From contig CAYLJX010000001.1 of the NCBI GenBank assembly GCA_964384235.1, positions 86,792 to 150,791 of the forward strand: 64,000 nucleotides of DNA, read 5' to 3'. Origin of the DNA: an uncultured Bdellovibrionales bacterium (GTDB lineage: Bacteria > Patescibacteriota > Minisyncoccia > Moranbacterales > UBA1568). A model generated the notes under the pieces. It worked only from the letters and a program-made list of their open reading frames with translations. It ran no database searches and was not told the DNA's origin. The position numbers and the translations under genes are program-made. Below are positions 1 through 8,062 of the stretch, piece by piece; within the stretch, counting starts at the first letter, position 1; every line of letters starts with the position of its first letter.

Positions 1-499
1 CGTGGAGATGCGTGAACATGGTATTTTGTATCATGTATTCTGTATCATGTATTTTCTCCGATACATAATACCAAATACGAGATACATGATACTTTCAAAA
101 ACAAAAGCACCAATCATCATGAAAGGTGCGGCAATGCAAATAGGAAAGGTTTTGTCATAGCGATAGGGTTCCCTCATAGCCCGGAATCAATCCATGGGTT
201 TTGCAGGGAAGGTTTGATACGCTTCCAGTCTACATTTTTTTAAGGAAAATGAAAACCCCAGGCTGCGATGTTTTGCAAACCTGGGGCACCCAACTACTTT
301 GGAAGCATCTCCTCCGAAAGTTTCCACTCGTGGGTGAAGCGAGCGGTCCGACTTTCGAAGTGTCCCTGTTATTCTCCCGGAGACCGAGGAACGTCTTTCC
401 GAGAACCTAGCTGTCCACCTTCATTCGAAGTCCGCCAGGCGACTTTCGAAAAATAATTATAGCATCAGGATTGGTTTTTGTCAATAAGCACGCTGTATT

Positions 500-1312
500 T
501 TGGCTGAAATGAGGTATAATATTGTCATGCAAACGACGACATTCGAAAAAGAGAAGGAACGGATGCTTGCGGGGCATCGGTTCGTGATCGGCGTGGATGA
601 GGTGGGACGAGGACCGCTCGCCGGGCCGGTGGTCGCGTGTGCCGTAACAATCCGGAATTCCCAATTCCTCATTTCTCATTTCCAATGCAGTCCGGAAGAG
701 GAGAAGATGTGGAATCTGATACGGGACTCGAAGACGCTCTCCGAGAAACAACGAGAGAAACTGTTCGACTTTATCCACGAGCATTTCCATGTCGGTATCG
801 GCATCGTGTCGGCGGAGACGATCGATCGGGTGAACATCCTTGAGGCGACGTTTCTGGCGATGAAAGCGGCCGTGTCTGATTTGCTGAAACAAATCAGACA
901 AGAAACAAGAAACAAATTACAAGATACAAATGACTTGCAAGAAACAGAAGGAAAAACAAAAGACGCCCCTGGAGAAAGTTTTTATTGTCTGATCGATGGG
1001 AACCAACTCATTCCAAACTTTTCGTATCCGCAGGAGGCGGTTGTCGGTGGGGACGGGACGGTCAAATCTATCGCGGCAGCTTCGATCGTCGCCAAAGTGA
1101 CGCGCGACCGGATGATGGATGAGTATGAGACACAGTATCCCGGGTACGGCTTTGCCAAGCACAAGGGATACGGCACCAAGATCCATATGGATGCTCTCCG
1201 TCACCTCGGACCATGCCCGATTCATCGGATGTCGTTCAAACCAGTCTCATTGTCGATACCGGAAAACGTGAACAAACGCTTTTCGAATGTTCTGAAGCCG
1301 AAAAGAAGATAA
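500..1312 (+). CDS. rnhB: Ribonuclease HII. Alternative start at 527 (MQTTTF). Contains a ~30-aa AT-rich low-complexity insertion (KQIRQETRNKLQDTNDLQETEGKTKDAPGESF).
   Basis: Translation has the RNase HII N-terminal motif 'VIGVDEVGRGPLAGPVVACAV' and the C-terminal 'AASIVAKVTRDRMMDEYETQYPGYGFAKHKGYGT' block. A terminator hairpin follows at 1403-1430. Confidence 0.85.
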   Translation: MAEMRYNIVMQTTTFEKEKERMLAGHRFVIGVDEVGRGPLAGPVVACAVTIRNSQFLISHFQCSPEEEKMWNLIRDSKTLSEKQREKLFDFIHEHFHVGIGIVSAETIDRVNILEATFLAMKAAVSDLLKQIRQETRNKLQDTNDLQETEGKTKDAPGESFYCLIDGNQLIPNFSYPQEAVVGGDGTVKSIAAASIVAKVTRDRMMDEYETQYPGYGFAKHKGYGTKIHMDALRHLGPCPIHRMSFKPVSLSIPENVNKRFSNVLKPKRR

Positions 1313-1402
1313 GGAGATTCTTAAAATACCTGTCAGGAGAATTTTTTGACGAACTCGGCACTGTCCGAGAAGGCTTCTTCGGTTCGAAAAAATCGGCTTC
1401 TC

Positions 1403-1430
1403 CGCCGTCAATCGGGGGCGGATTTTTTCG
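1403..1430 (+). terminator. Rho-independent terminator after rnhB
   Basis: Hairpin 'ccgccgtcaatcgggggcgg' followed by a TTTTTT run. Confidence 0.55.
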
Positions 1431-1510
1431 GTAACGAAAAGCCTTCGAGTTTGGCGAGTCGGAAAAAAATTACTTCTGATCAGGTATTTTCCCTCTTTGC
1501 TTTTCGAGGC

Positions 1511-1539
1511 TTGCCAAAGAGGGGAAACCCTGTTATAGT
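1511..1539 (+). promoter_or_regulatory. Sigma70-type promoter for rpmF (TTGCCA - 17 bp - TATAGT)
   Basis: 'cTTGCCAaagaggggaaaccctgtTATAGTg' lies about 35 nt upstream of the L32 start codon. Confidence 0.5.
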
Positions 1540-1574
1540 GGCTGTAACGATAATTTCTACTGACAGTCCTGATT

Positions 1575-1775
1575 ATGGCGTTGCCCAAGCAAAGACACAC
1601 CCACCACCGCCGCGACCGCGCGAGAAAGCAGTACGACGTGAACCTCGTGAACACCACCGAGTGCCCCAAGTGCAAGGCCCGCGTGCTCTCGCACCGTGTC
1701 TGCCCGGAATGCGGTACCTACAAGGGTCGCGAGATGGTGAATACCGCTCCCAAACTCAAAGCGGAAAAGAAATAA
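1575..1775 (+). CDS. rpmF: 50S ribosomal protein L32
   Basis: 66 aa 'MALPKQRHTHHRRDRARKQYDV...ECPKCKARVLSHRVCPECGTYKGRE', the classic L32 N-terminus with a CxxC...CxxC zinc ribbon. Confidence 0.9.
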   Translation: MALPKQRHTHHRRDRARKQYDVNLVNTTECPKCKARVLSHRVCPECGTYKGREMVNTAPKLKAEKK

Positions 1776-1840
1776 TTTGACCAACGACTCACGACCAACG
1801 ACAAGAAGATATATTCCTGTCGTACGTTGTAAGTTGTACG

Positions 1841-2419
1841 TTGTCGGTTGAAAACAAAATGGCCAATAGGCATCTTCAAAGATCGGTGGTGATGCAGTCC
1901 CTCTTTGAATGGGACTTCCAAGGGAAGCGCGACGAGATATCGCGCGAGATTCTCAGCCGCAACATCGAGGAATTCGCGCCTGGTATCGAGGACACCATCT
2001 TTGCCGAGCACCTGATGGAAGGAACGCTCCGCGAACGCAAAACCATCGACAAGCTCATCGAGAAGTGCGCTCCCGAGTGGCCGCTCGAGCAGGTGACGGT
2101 CGTGGACCGCAACATCCTCCGTCTCGGCATCTACGAGCTCATGTTCGGCAATTACGACGAGGTCCCGCCCAAGGTCGCCATCAACGAGGCGATCGAACTG
2201 GCCAAGTCGTTCGGGAGCGACTCGACGCCGCGCTTCGTGAACGGCGTCCTCGGGACGATCTATCGCGAGATGGGCGAGCCCATGAAGGACGACGTGTCCG
2301 AGAACCACAAGCGCAACCTGGAAAAGACCGCGCAAGAGAACGCGCCCAAGGAACCGAAGAAGCAAGAAACGAAAGAGAAGAAAACGGTAAAGAAAAGTAC
2401 CAAGAAAGAAAGCGCCTGA
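1841..2419 (+). CDS. nusB: Transcription antitermination factor NusB with a K/E-rich C-terminal tail
   Basis: NusB fold motifs 'LFEWDF...', '[11 protein letters not shown]', '[17 protein letters not shown]...RFVNGVLG'. Confidence 0.85.
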   Translation: MSVENKMANRHLQRSVVMQSLFEWDFQGKRDEISREILSRNIEEFAPGIEDTIFAEHLMEGTLRERKTIDKLIEKCAPEWPLEQVTVVDRNILRLGIYELMFGNYDEVPPKVAINEAIELAKSFGSDSTPRFVNGVLGTIYREMGEPMKDDVSENHKRNLEKTAQENAPKEPKKQETKEKKTVKKSTKKESA

Positions 2420-2439
2420 GCGCTTTTTTTGAAACCACT

Positions 2440-3141
2440 ATGAAAGGACAGTTGTTCGATCAGGAAAAATTCGAGACGCGGTTCGGGGTGACGGTGCAAA
2501 ATGTCGCCTTGTTTCAGGAGGCGCTCACGCACCGCTCCTACCTCAACGAACACCGCGAGTACACGTTTCCGCACAACGAGCGCTTGGAATTCCTCGGGGA
2601 TGCCGTCTTGGAGCTCGTCGTGACGGAACACCTCTTCCATAATTTCGACAATCCGGAAGGGGAGCTCACGAGTTTCCGCGCGGCCCTCGTGAACGGCGAG
2701 ATGCTCGCGACGATCGGTCGCGACCTCGGTGTGCAGGACTTTCTCCTCATGAGCCGCGGTGAGGCCAGGGACACCGGCCGGGCCCGCTCCTATCTCATCG
2801 CCAACGCCGTCGAAGCCATCATCGGCGCGATCTATCTCGACCAGGGCTACGGACCGGCGGCCGCGTTCATCGAGAAATATATCCTCTCCCGTCTCCCGGA
2901 AGTCCTCGAACAGGAACTCTATACCGATCCCAAGAGTCGCTTCCAGGAAACGGCCCAGGAGAAAGTCGGTGTGACGCCGAGCTATCGCGTACTCAAGGAG
3001 TGGGGACCGGATCATGACCGACACTTCATCGCCGGGGTCTATCTCGACGAGGAAAAGGTGGCCGAAGGTGAAGGTGCTTCCAAACAGGAAGCCCAGCGCG
3101 CCGCGGCCAAAGCCGCTCTGGAGAAAAAAGGCTGGCAATAA
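2440..3141 (+). CDS. rnc: Ribonuclease III
   Basis: 'ALTHRSY', 'NERLEFLGDAVLELVV' (RNase III signature) and the dsRBD 'KSRFQETAQEK...PDHDRHFIAGVYLDEEKVAEGEGASKQEAQRAAAKAAL'. The start is taken at the ATG at 2440; the long upstream ORF frame is an R-rich artefact overlapping nusB. Confidence 0.9.
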   Translation: MKGQLFDQEKFETRFGVTVQNVALFQEALTHRSYLNEHREYTFPHNERLEFLGDAVLELVVTEHLFHNFDNPEGELTSFRAALVNGEMLATIGRDLGVQDFLLMSRGEARDTGRARSYLIANAVEAIIGAIYLDQGYGPAAAFIEKYILSRLPEVLEQELYTDPKSRFQETAQEKVGVTPSYRVLKEWGPDHDRHFIAGVYLDEEKVAEGEGASKQEAQRAAAKAALEKKGWQ

Positions 3142-3175
3142 GACAAGGACTTAGCTTGTAGCTGGTAGCTTGTAG

Positions 3176-3204
3176 AAAGCGGCAAGGACCGCTTTTTCTT
3201 TTGG
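3176..3204 (+). terminator. Rho-independent terminator after rnc
   Basis: 'aaagcggcaaggaccgcttt' hairpin followed by 'ttcttttgg'. Confidence 0.55.
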
Positions 3205-3330
3205 CTTGTTTTCGGGTATACTGGTGGAAACAGTATACGGTATTATGTATGATGTATTAAGGGAACGCCCCGTGTGTTTTTCTGTATTTATACATGATAC
3301 GCAATACATGATACGTGATACCTCTTTAGA

Positions 3331-5628
3331 ATGTATTTAAAGAAAGTCGAAATAACCGGGTTCAAGTCGTTCGCCAACAAGACGGTGTTGGATTTTTTAC
3401 CTGAGTGCGATATCGCGAGCGGTGGCAAGTGTGGTATCACCGCCATCGTCGGGCCGAACGGTTCCGGTAAGTCCAACGTGGCCGACGCCATCCGATGGGC
3501 CATCGGCGAGCAGTCGTCCAAGAACCTGCGCGGCAAGAAGTCCGAGGACGTGATTTTCGCCGGTACCGACAAGAAGACACGACTCGGGAGCGCGTCGGTC
3601 TCCTTGTATTTCGACAACTCCGACAAGCGCATCCCTATCGAGTTCGCCGAAGTTTCCATCACCCGCAAGATCTTCCGAAGCGGCGAGAGCGAGTACCTCA
3701 TCAACGGTTCGCACGTGCGCCTCATGGACATCGCCGATCTCCTGGCCAAGGCTGGTATCGGCAAGGACAGCTACTCGGTCATCACGCAGGGTATGAGCGA
3801 CGCCGTTTTGAACGCGACGCCGACCGAGCGGCGCTCCATCTTCGAGGATGCGGCCGGCGTGAAGCAGTACCAGATCGAGAAGGAACGGGCGCTCAGGAAA
3901 CTCGAGAGTACCCGCGAAAACCTGGTACGTGTCGACAGTCTCATCCTCGAGATCGAACCCCATCTCAAGAACCTCAAACGGCAGGCCGAGAAGGCCTCGC
4001 AGGGCAAGGATGTAGCCGTGAAGCTCAAGGAGAAACAGTTGCTCCTCTATGGTTTCCTCTGGAGCAATTTCCAGAACGAGCGAGGCGCACTCCTCAAGGA
4101 GCGGGACGCTCATGAGAAACGCGTCTTCGACCTGGAAGTGGAAACGAACAATCTGGAGCGCGAAGTGACGCAAGCTTCGGAAAAGATGCAGGATCAGAGC
4201 GGGGAGGAAGCGATCGCAGGGGAGCTCGCGAAACTGCGTGACGAGGCGAATATGCTTCTGCGTGATCGGAGCATCCTTGACGGCAAGATCGAGATCGAAA
4301 AGGAAAAGCAGAAGGAGCAGGAAATCATCCGTGTCATCCCGGTGGATCTCAACTATGTCCGCAAGGCCCTCGAGGAAATCCGATCGAACCAGCAGGAACT
4401 CATCGAACGCATCCAGAGCGCCGAGAAACTTGAGGATCTCCAGGATATCCGCGAGTTCGCCCAGGTTATCAAACAGAAGCTCTTCGATCTCGACGAGAAG
4501 GCGGGTGTCGGCTCCGTCAAGGAAAAGAAGGTGATCGCGCTCCCGGACGATGAGAAGAAAGCGAGCGACGAGCGGCTGGCCGCGTTTGCCAGGGAGAAAG
4601 AAGCGCTGAACAAGCGTCTGGAGGCACTTCAGAAGACGCTCACGGAGAAAGAGCAGTCACTCCAGACCCTGCGTGAGGCCGGCCGGGCGAGTCGTGAGAC
4701 ATTCTTTATCAAGGAAAAAGAATGGCGGCAGAAGGAATACGAGCTCACCCGTCTCAAGGACACGCTGAACGAAGTGAAGGTGCGTCTGGCTCGTGTCGAG
4801 GTGCGTGAGGAGGATCTGGTAGCACTGACGCGGGAAGAACTCTCGATGGACGTGAAGGATCTCACCTATGACGGAACGCCGGTGGAACGGGAACGGCTGG
4901 AACGGGAGATTACGCGGCTCAAGGTAGAAGTCGAGCACATCGGTACCATCGATCCGCTGGTCGTGGAAGAGTACGAAGAGACCAAGACGCGCTATGAGTT
5001 CCTGACGCGCGAGTCGACCGATCTCAAGTCCGCGATGGAATCGCTGAAGTCCGTCATCAAGGAAATGGACCAAAAGATCGACTACGCGTTCAAGGAGGCG
5101 TTCGAAGTGATCCGCAAGCGTTTCGAGGAATATTTCCGGATCATTTTCGGTGGCGGCAAGGCGAGCCTCGAAAAGGTCAAGATCCCGCTTCGTCGTCGCG
5201 GCGAGGAGTTCGACGTGGAGACGGACAACCCGGAAGAGGAAAAACCGGAAGAAGAAAGTGTCCTCGGCATCGAGATCGCGGCCTGCCCTCCAGGCAAGAA
5301 GATCACCAATCTCTCCATGCTCTCGGGAGGGGAGCGGTCGCTCACGTCCTTGGCGCTTCTCTTTGCCATCATTTCGCACAATCCGCCGCCCTTTGCGGTG
5401 CTCGACGAAGTGGAAGCCGCCCTCGACGAAGCCAACTCGCGGCGCTTCAGCTCGATGCTCCGGGAGCTCTCGGCCCATACGCAGTTCATCGCCATCACGC
5501 ACAACCGCGAGACCATGGCCCAGGCCGCGCTCCTCTATGGGGTTACTATGGGCGGTGACGGCGTTTCTCAGCTTCTCTCCGTCCGCCTCGACCAGATCGG
5601 CGAGAAGGGGAAAATTTTGGGAAAATAG
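3331..5628 (+). CDS. smc: SMC-family chromosome segregation ATPase. Unusually short at 765 aa, with no recognisable hinge.
   Basis: N-terminal 'MYLKKVEITGFKSFANKT...GPNGSGKSNVADAIRWAIGEQSSKNLRG', Q-loop 'VITQGMSDAVLNATPTERR', a long coiled coil, and C-terminal signature 'LSGGERSLTSLALLFAI' with Walker B 'FAVLDEVEAALD'. Confidence 0.8.
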   Translation: MYLKKVEITGFKSFANKTVLDFLPECDIASGGKCGITAIVGPNGSGKSNVADAIRWAIGEQSSKNLRGKKSEDVIFAGTDKKTRLGSASVSLYFDNSDKRIPIEFAEVSITRKIFRSGESEYLINGSHVRLMDIADLLAKAGIGKDSYSVITQGMSDAVLNATPTERRSIFEDAAGVKQYQIEKERALRKLESTRENLVRVDSLILEIEPHLKNLKRQAEKASQGKDVAVKLKEKQLLLYGFLWSNFQNERGALLKERDAHEKRVFDLEVETNNLEREVTQASEKMQDQSGEEAIAGELAKLRDEANMLLRDRSILDGKIEIEKEKQKEQEIIRVIPVDLNYVRKALEEIRSNQQELIERIQSAEKLEDLQDIREFAQVIKQKLFDLDEKAGVGSVKEKKVIALPDDEKKASDERLAAFAREKEALNKRLEALQKTLTEKEQSLQTLREAGRASRETFFIKEKEWRQKEYELTRLKDTLNEVKVRLARVEVREEDLVALTREELSMDVKDLTYDGTPVERERLEREITRLKVEVEHIGTIDPLVVEEYEETKTRYEFLTRESTDLKSAMESLKSVIKEMDQKIDYAFKEAFEVIRKRFEEYFRIIFGGGKASLEKVKIPLRRRGEEFDVETDNPEEEKPEEESVLGIEIAACPPGKKITNLSMLSGGERSLTSLALLFAIISHNPPPFAVLDEVEAALDEANSRRFSSMLRELSAHTQFIAITHNRETMAQAALLYGVTMGGDGVSQLLSVRLDQIGEKGKILGK

Positions 5629-5715
5629 TCAGTTAGCGGGTGTACAGTGAATTGACAGCCTTATGGTCACGGCGTATAGTCTTTGCATGTACCTTACATC
5701 GAAGGAGAGTGACAA

Positions 5716-6200
5716 TGACTCAGGGACCTGGAGTTATCAACAAAAAAGAGAGAAGCTTTTCCCGTTTGACGAACTGCCCGTATGACGTCGCTTCGTGGCT
5801 GTTCGTTTCCGATCTCGTTCTCGGGCTCTCGGAAGCGGGTGTCCGTGAACTCTGGGTGCGCGATGAACCTCATCGGAGCGTGAACTGTGCTCTCCACCGT
5901 TTGTGCTGGCATTCTGGCGCCATGGCCCGGTTTTTCACGGGTCGTGGGAATGATCCGGTTAAGGCCTGTGCGTTTCATCTGATCCATCTCGTTCTTGTTC
6001 CGGATCCGATCATGGGTTCTTTCAATGGGTTCTGGGAGAGTGTCATCATGAACCATTTGCCGTGGCGCTCCGAGGGGTACTATGGCATGCCGTATAGCCC
6101 GGTGTTCGCGCAGAGCATTCTTGAAAGAGAGTGTGTGCCAGACTATGCCGAACTCATTCGCCGTTACGCTCGGGTGATCCGGCGTTCACTCTACGGTTGA
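5716..6200 (+). CDS. Hypothetical Cys/His-rich protein (161 aa from MTQGPG; the track ORF begins at 5640)
   Basis: RBS 'gaaggagagtgacaATG'. No recognisable family. A terminator follows at 6222-6258. Confidence 0.4.
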
Positions 6201-6221
6201 AATCACGCAATGCTGCAAAAT

Positions 6222-6258
6222 AGCCCGGGAGAGCGCGTCTCACCCGGGCTCTCTTTTT
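6222..6258 (+). terminator. Rho-independent terminator
   Basis: 'agcccgggagagcgcgtctcacccgggct' hairpin followed by 'ctctttttgcttt'. Confidence 0.6.
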
Positions 6259-6264
6259 GCTTTG

Positions 6265-6293
6265 TTGACATATTTTAACGGATGCGTTACAGT
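6265..6293 (+). promoter_or_regulatory. Sigma70-type promoter for rpsP (TTGACA - 17 bp - TACAGT)
   Basis: 'gTTGACAtattttaacggatgcgtTACAGTg' upstream of the RBS 'aaaggagg'. Confidence 0.55.
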
Positions 6294-6346
6294 GGAACCT
6301 GTATCCTCCAAAGGAGGACAGATTACTCTATTCACGAAAGACCGAT

Positions 6347-6772
6347 ATGTTGATGATCCGTTTCAACCGGGTGGGCAAGAGGAACCGCGCGCATTTCCGC
6401 GTCGTGCTGCAGGAACGCACCAAGGCTCCGGGCAAGCGCCATGTGGAGATTCTCGGAAGCCACGACCCGCACAAGAAGACCACGATTCTCCAGAAGGACC
6501 GCATCCTCTACTGGCTCAGCCAGGGTGTCCAGACCTCCGACGTGGTGCACAACCTCCTTGTGAAGGAAGGTGTCATCGAAGGCAAGAAGCTCGCCAAGAA
6601 GATGCCTCGTCCGGTAAAAAAAGAGGAACCTGTTGCTAAGACTCCGGTTGAAGAAGCAAAGACAGAAGAAGCTCCTGTAGCTGAGGAAGCGAAGACCGAG
6701 GAAACTGTTTCCGAGACTCCGGCCACTGAGGCCCCGACTGAAGAGAAGAAAGAGGAAACGCCGGCTGCGTAG
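6347..6772 (+). CDS. rpsP: 30S ribosomal protein S16 with an E/K/T/A-rich C-terminal extension
   Basis: 'MLMIRFNRVGKRNRAHFRVVLQERTKAPGKRHVEILGSHDPHKK' matches the S16 N-terminus. Confidence 0.9.
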   Translation: MLMIRFNRVGKRNRAHFRVVLQERTKAPGKRHVEILGSHDPHKKTTILQKDRILYWLSQGVQTSDVVHNLLVKEGVIEGKKLAKKMPRPVKKEEPVAKTPVEEAKTEEAPVAEEAKTEETVSETPATEAPTEEKKEETPAA

Positions 6773-6773
6773 A

Positions 6774-6802
6774 TTGACAGAAAGCCGGTTCTCGAGTACA
6801 CT
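6774..6802 (+). promoter_or_regulatory. Sigma70-type promoter for rplJ (TTGACA - 17 bp - TACACT)
   Basis: 'aTTGACAgaaagccggttctcgagTACACTtgaac'. Confidence 0.5.
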
Positions 6803-6809
6803 TGAACAT

Positions 6810-6960
6810 AACAACTTAGTTCCGCAGACATAAGGCATTGCTTCGGCAAAGAAGACCTTACGAGGAAATTTCCGGCGACGCTTGCAAAAGATAGCGTCGG
6901 AAAATATTTCTTCAGAGAGGTCTGTGGTTATCCCACGGATTTTTCTTTTGTAACGATAAC
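6810..6960 (+). promoter_or_regulatory. Putative L10 (rplJ) autoregulatory leader
   Basis: A ~160-nt structured untranslated leader between the promoter and rplJ, with the hairpin 'ccggcgacgcttgcaaaagatagcgtcggaa'. The position is the one expected for an L10 leader; no covariance model was run. Confidence 0.35.
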
Positions 6961-6964
6961 ATTT

Positions 6965-7486
6965 ATGCAGACCAAACAGCAGAAACAAGAGCTCGTCGCC
7001 GAGGTCGTCGAGAAGGTCAAGGGTTCCAAGGCACTCGTCTTCGCCAACTTCAAGGGCGTGACGGTGAAGGATCTGACCGGTATCAGTCGCGAACTGCGCA
7101 AAAGCGGATCGGGTTGGAAGGTGCTCAAGAAGACGCTCCTCAATATCGCCCTCAAGGAAGCCGGTGTGAGCGTGGATGCCCGGGCCCTCGAAGGCCAGGT
7201 CGGTGTCGCGTTCTCCCATGACGAGGTTTCGGCCGCCAAGGTGCTCACCGAGTTCATCAAGGCCAACAAGGAAACGAGCCTTACGATCGAAGGGGGATCA
7301 CTTGGAGAGAAGTCTCTGTCCGAAGCCGAGATCAAGGCCCTCGCCAAGCTCCCGAGCCAGGACGAGATGCGAGCCAAGCTCGTGGGAACGCTCCAGGCGC
7401 CGGTCGCGAGCTTTGTCCGGGTCTTGGGTGGCAACCTCTCCGGTCTGGTGCAGGTGCTGAAGGCGATCGAAGGAAAGAAAGCGTAA
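6965..7486 (+). CDS. rplJ: 50S ribosomal protein L10
   Basis: '...ELVAEVVEKVKGSKALVFANFKGVTVKDLTGISRELRKSGSGWKVLKKTL' resembles the L10 N-terminus, and L7/L12 is immediately downstream. Confidence 0.9.
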   Translation: MQTKQQKQELVAEVVEKVKGSKALVFANFKGVTVKDLTGISRELRKSGSGWKVLKKTLLNIALKEAGVSVDARALEGQVGVAFSHDEVSAAKVLTEFIKANKETSLTIEGGSLGEKSLSEAEIKALAKLPSQDEMRAKLVGTLQAPVASFVRVLGGNLSGLVQVLKAIEGKKA

Positions 7487-7540
7487 AGAAAAATTTCCAA
7501 TTGTCATTAATTATTGTAATTAACCATAACGTTTAAACGT

Positions 7541-7948
7541 ATGTCAGAGGAAAAGAAGGAAGTCGTGGTGCCGGAGAAATTCGAGAAGCTCGTCGCCGAG
7601 ATCGAGAAGATGAGCGTGCTCGACCTGTCCGAGCTCGTCAAGGTGCTCGAGGACAAGTTCGGTGTGTCCGCCGCCGCCCCGGTCATGATGGGTGCGATGC
7701 CGGCCGCCGGAGGCGCCGCTGAGGCCGCCGAGGAGAAGACCGAGTTCGATGTCGAGCTCACCGCCGCCGGTGCGCAGAAGATCAACGTCATCAAGGCGGT
7801 CCGCGAAGTGACCGGTCTTGGTCTCGCTGAGAGCAAGGCGCTCGTCGACGGTGCCCCGAAGGTGGTCAAGGAGAAGGTCGGGAAGGCCGATGCCGAAGCC
7901 ATGAAGAAGAAGCTCGAGGAAGCCGGCGCGTCCGTGACCCTCAAGTAG
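7541..7948 (+). CDS. rplL: 50S ribosomal protein L7/L12
   Basis: 'MSEEKK...[29 protein letters not shown]', an A/G/P hinge, and C-terminal '[34 protein letters not shown]...'. Confidence 0.95.
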   Translation: MSEEKKEVVVPEKFEKLVAEIEKMSVLDLSELVKVLEDKFGVSAAAPVMMGAMPAAGGAAEAAEEKTEFDVELTAAGAQKINVIKAVREVTGLGLAESKALVDGAPKVVKEKVGKADAEAMKKKLEEAGASVTLK

Positions 7949-7968
7949 TCTTTTCTGGAGAATCGTAT

Positions 7969-8009
7969 GATCCCGTCCCTTTCGAGGGGCGGGATCTTCT
8001 AATCTTTTT
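7969..8009 (+). terminator. Rho-independent terminator after rplL
   Basis: 'gatcccgtccctttcgaggggcgggatc' hairpin followed by 'ttctaatcttttt'. Confidence 0.6.
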
Positions 8010-8062
8010 AGAGTGCTTTTTTAGAAACCCTCTTTCGGGAAAGGGGATTTCCAAACGAGCTC

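Noticed and set aside
201-456. Two overlapping ORFs of 69 and 62 aa upstream of rnhB
   Set aside because: No RBS, odd amino-acid composition, and overlap with hairpin-rich non-coding sequence.
140-480. Considered RNase P RNA, tmRNA, SRP or 6S RNA
   Set aside because: None of the universally conserved motifs I can recall (P4 'GGAAAGUCCGG', tmRNA tag/TpsiC end, SRP domain IV) are present. Left as an unassigned structured region.
1909-3141. 410-aa plus-strand ORF merging an arginine-rich frame with rnc
   Set aside because: Its 5' half overlaps nusB in another frame and is R-rich nonsense. rnc begins at the internal ATG at 2440, which has a proper RNase III N-terminus.
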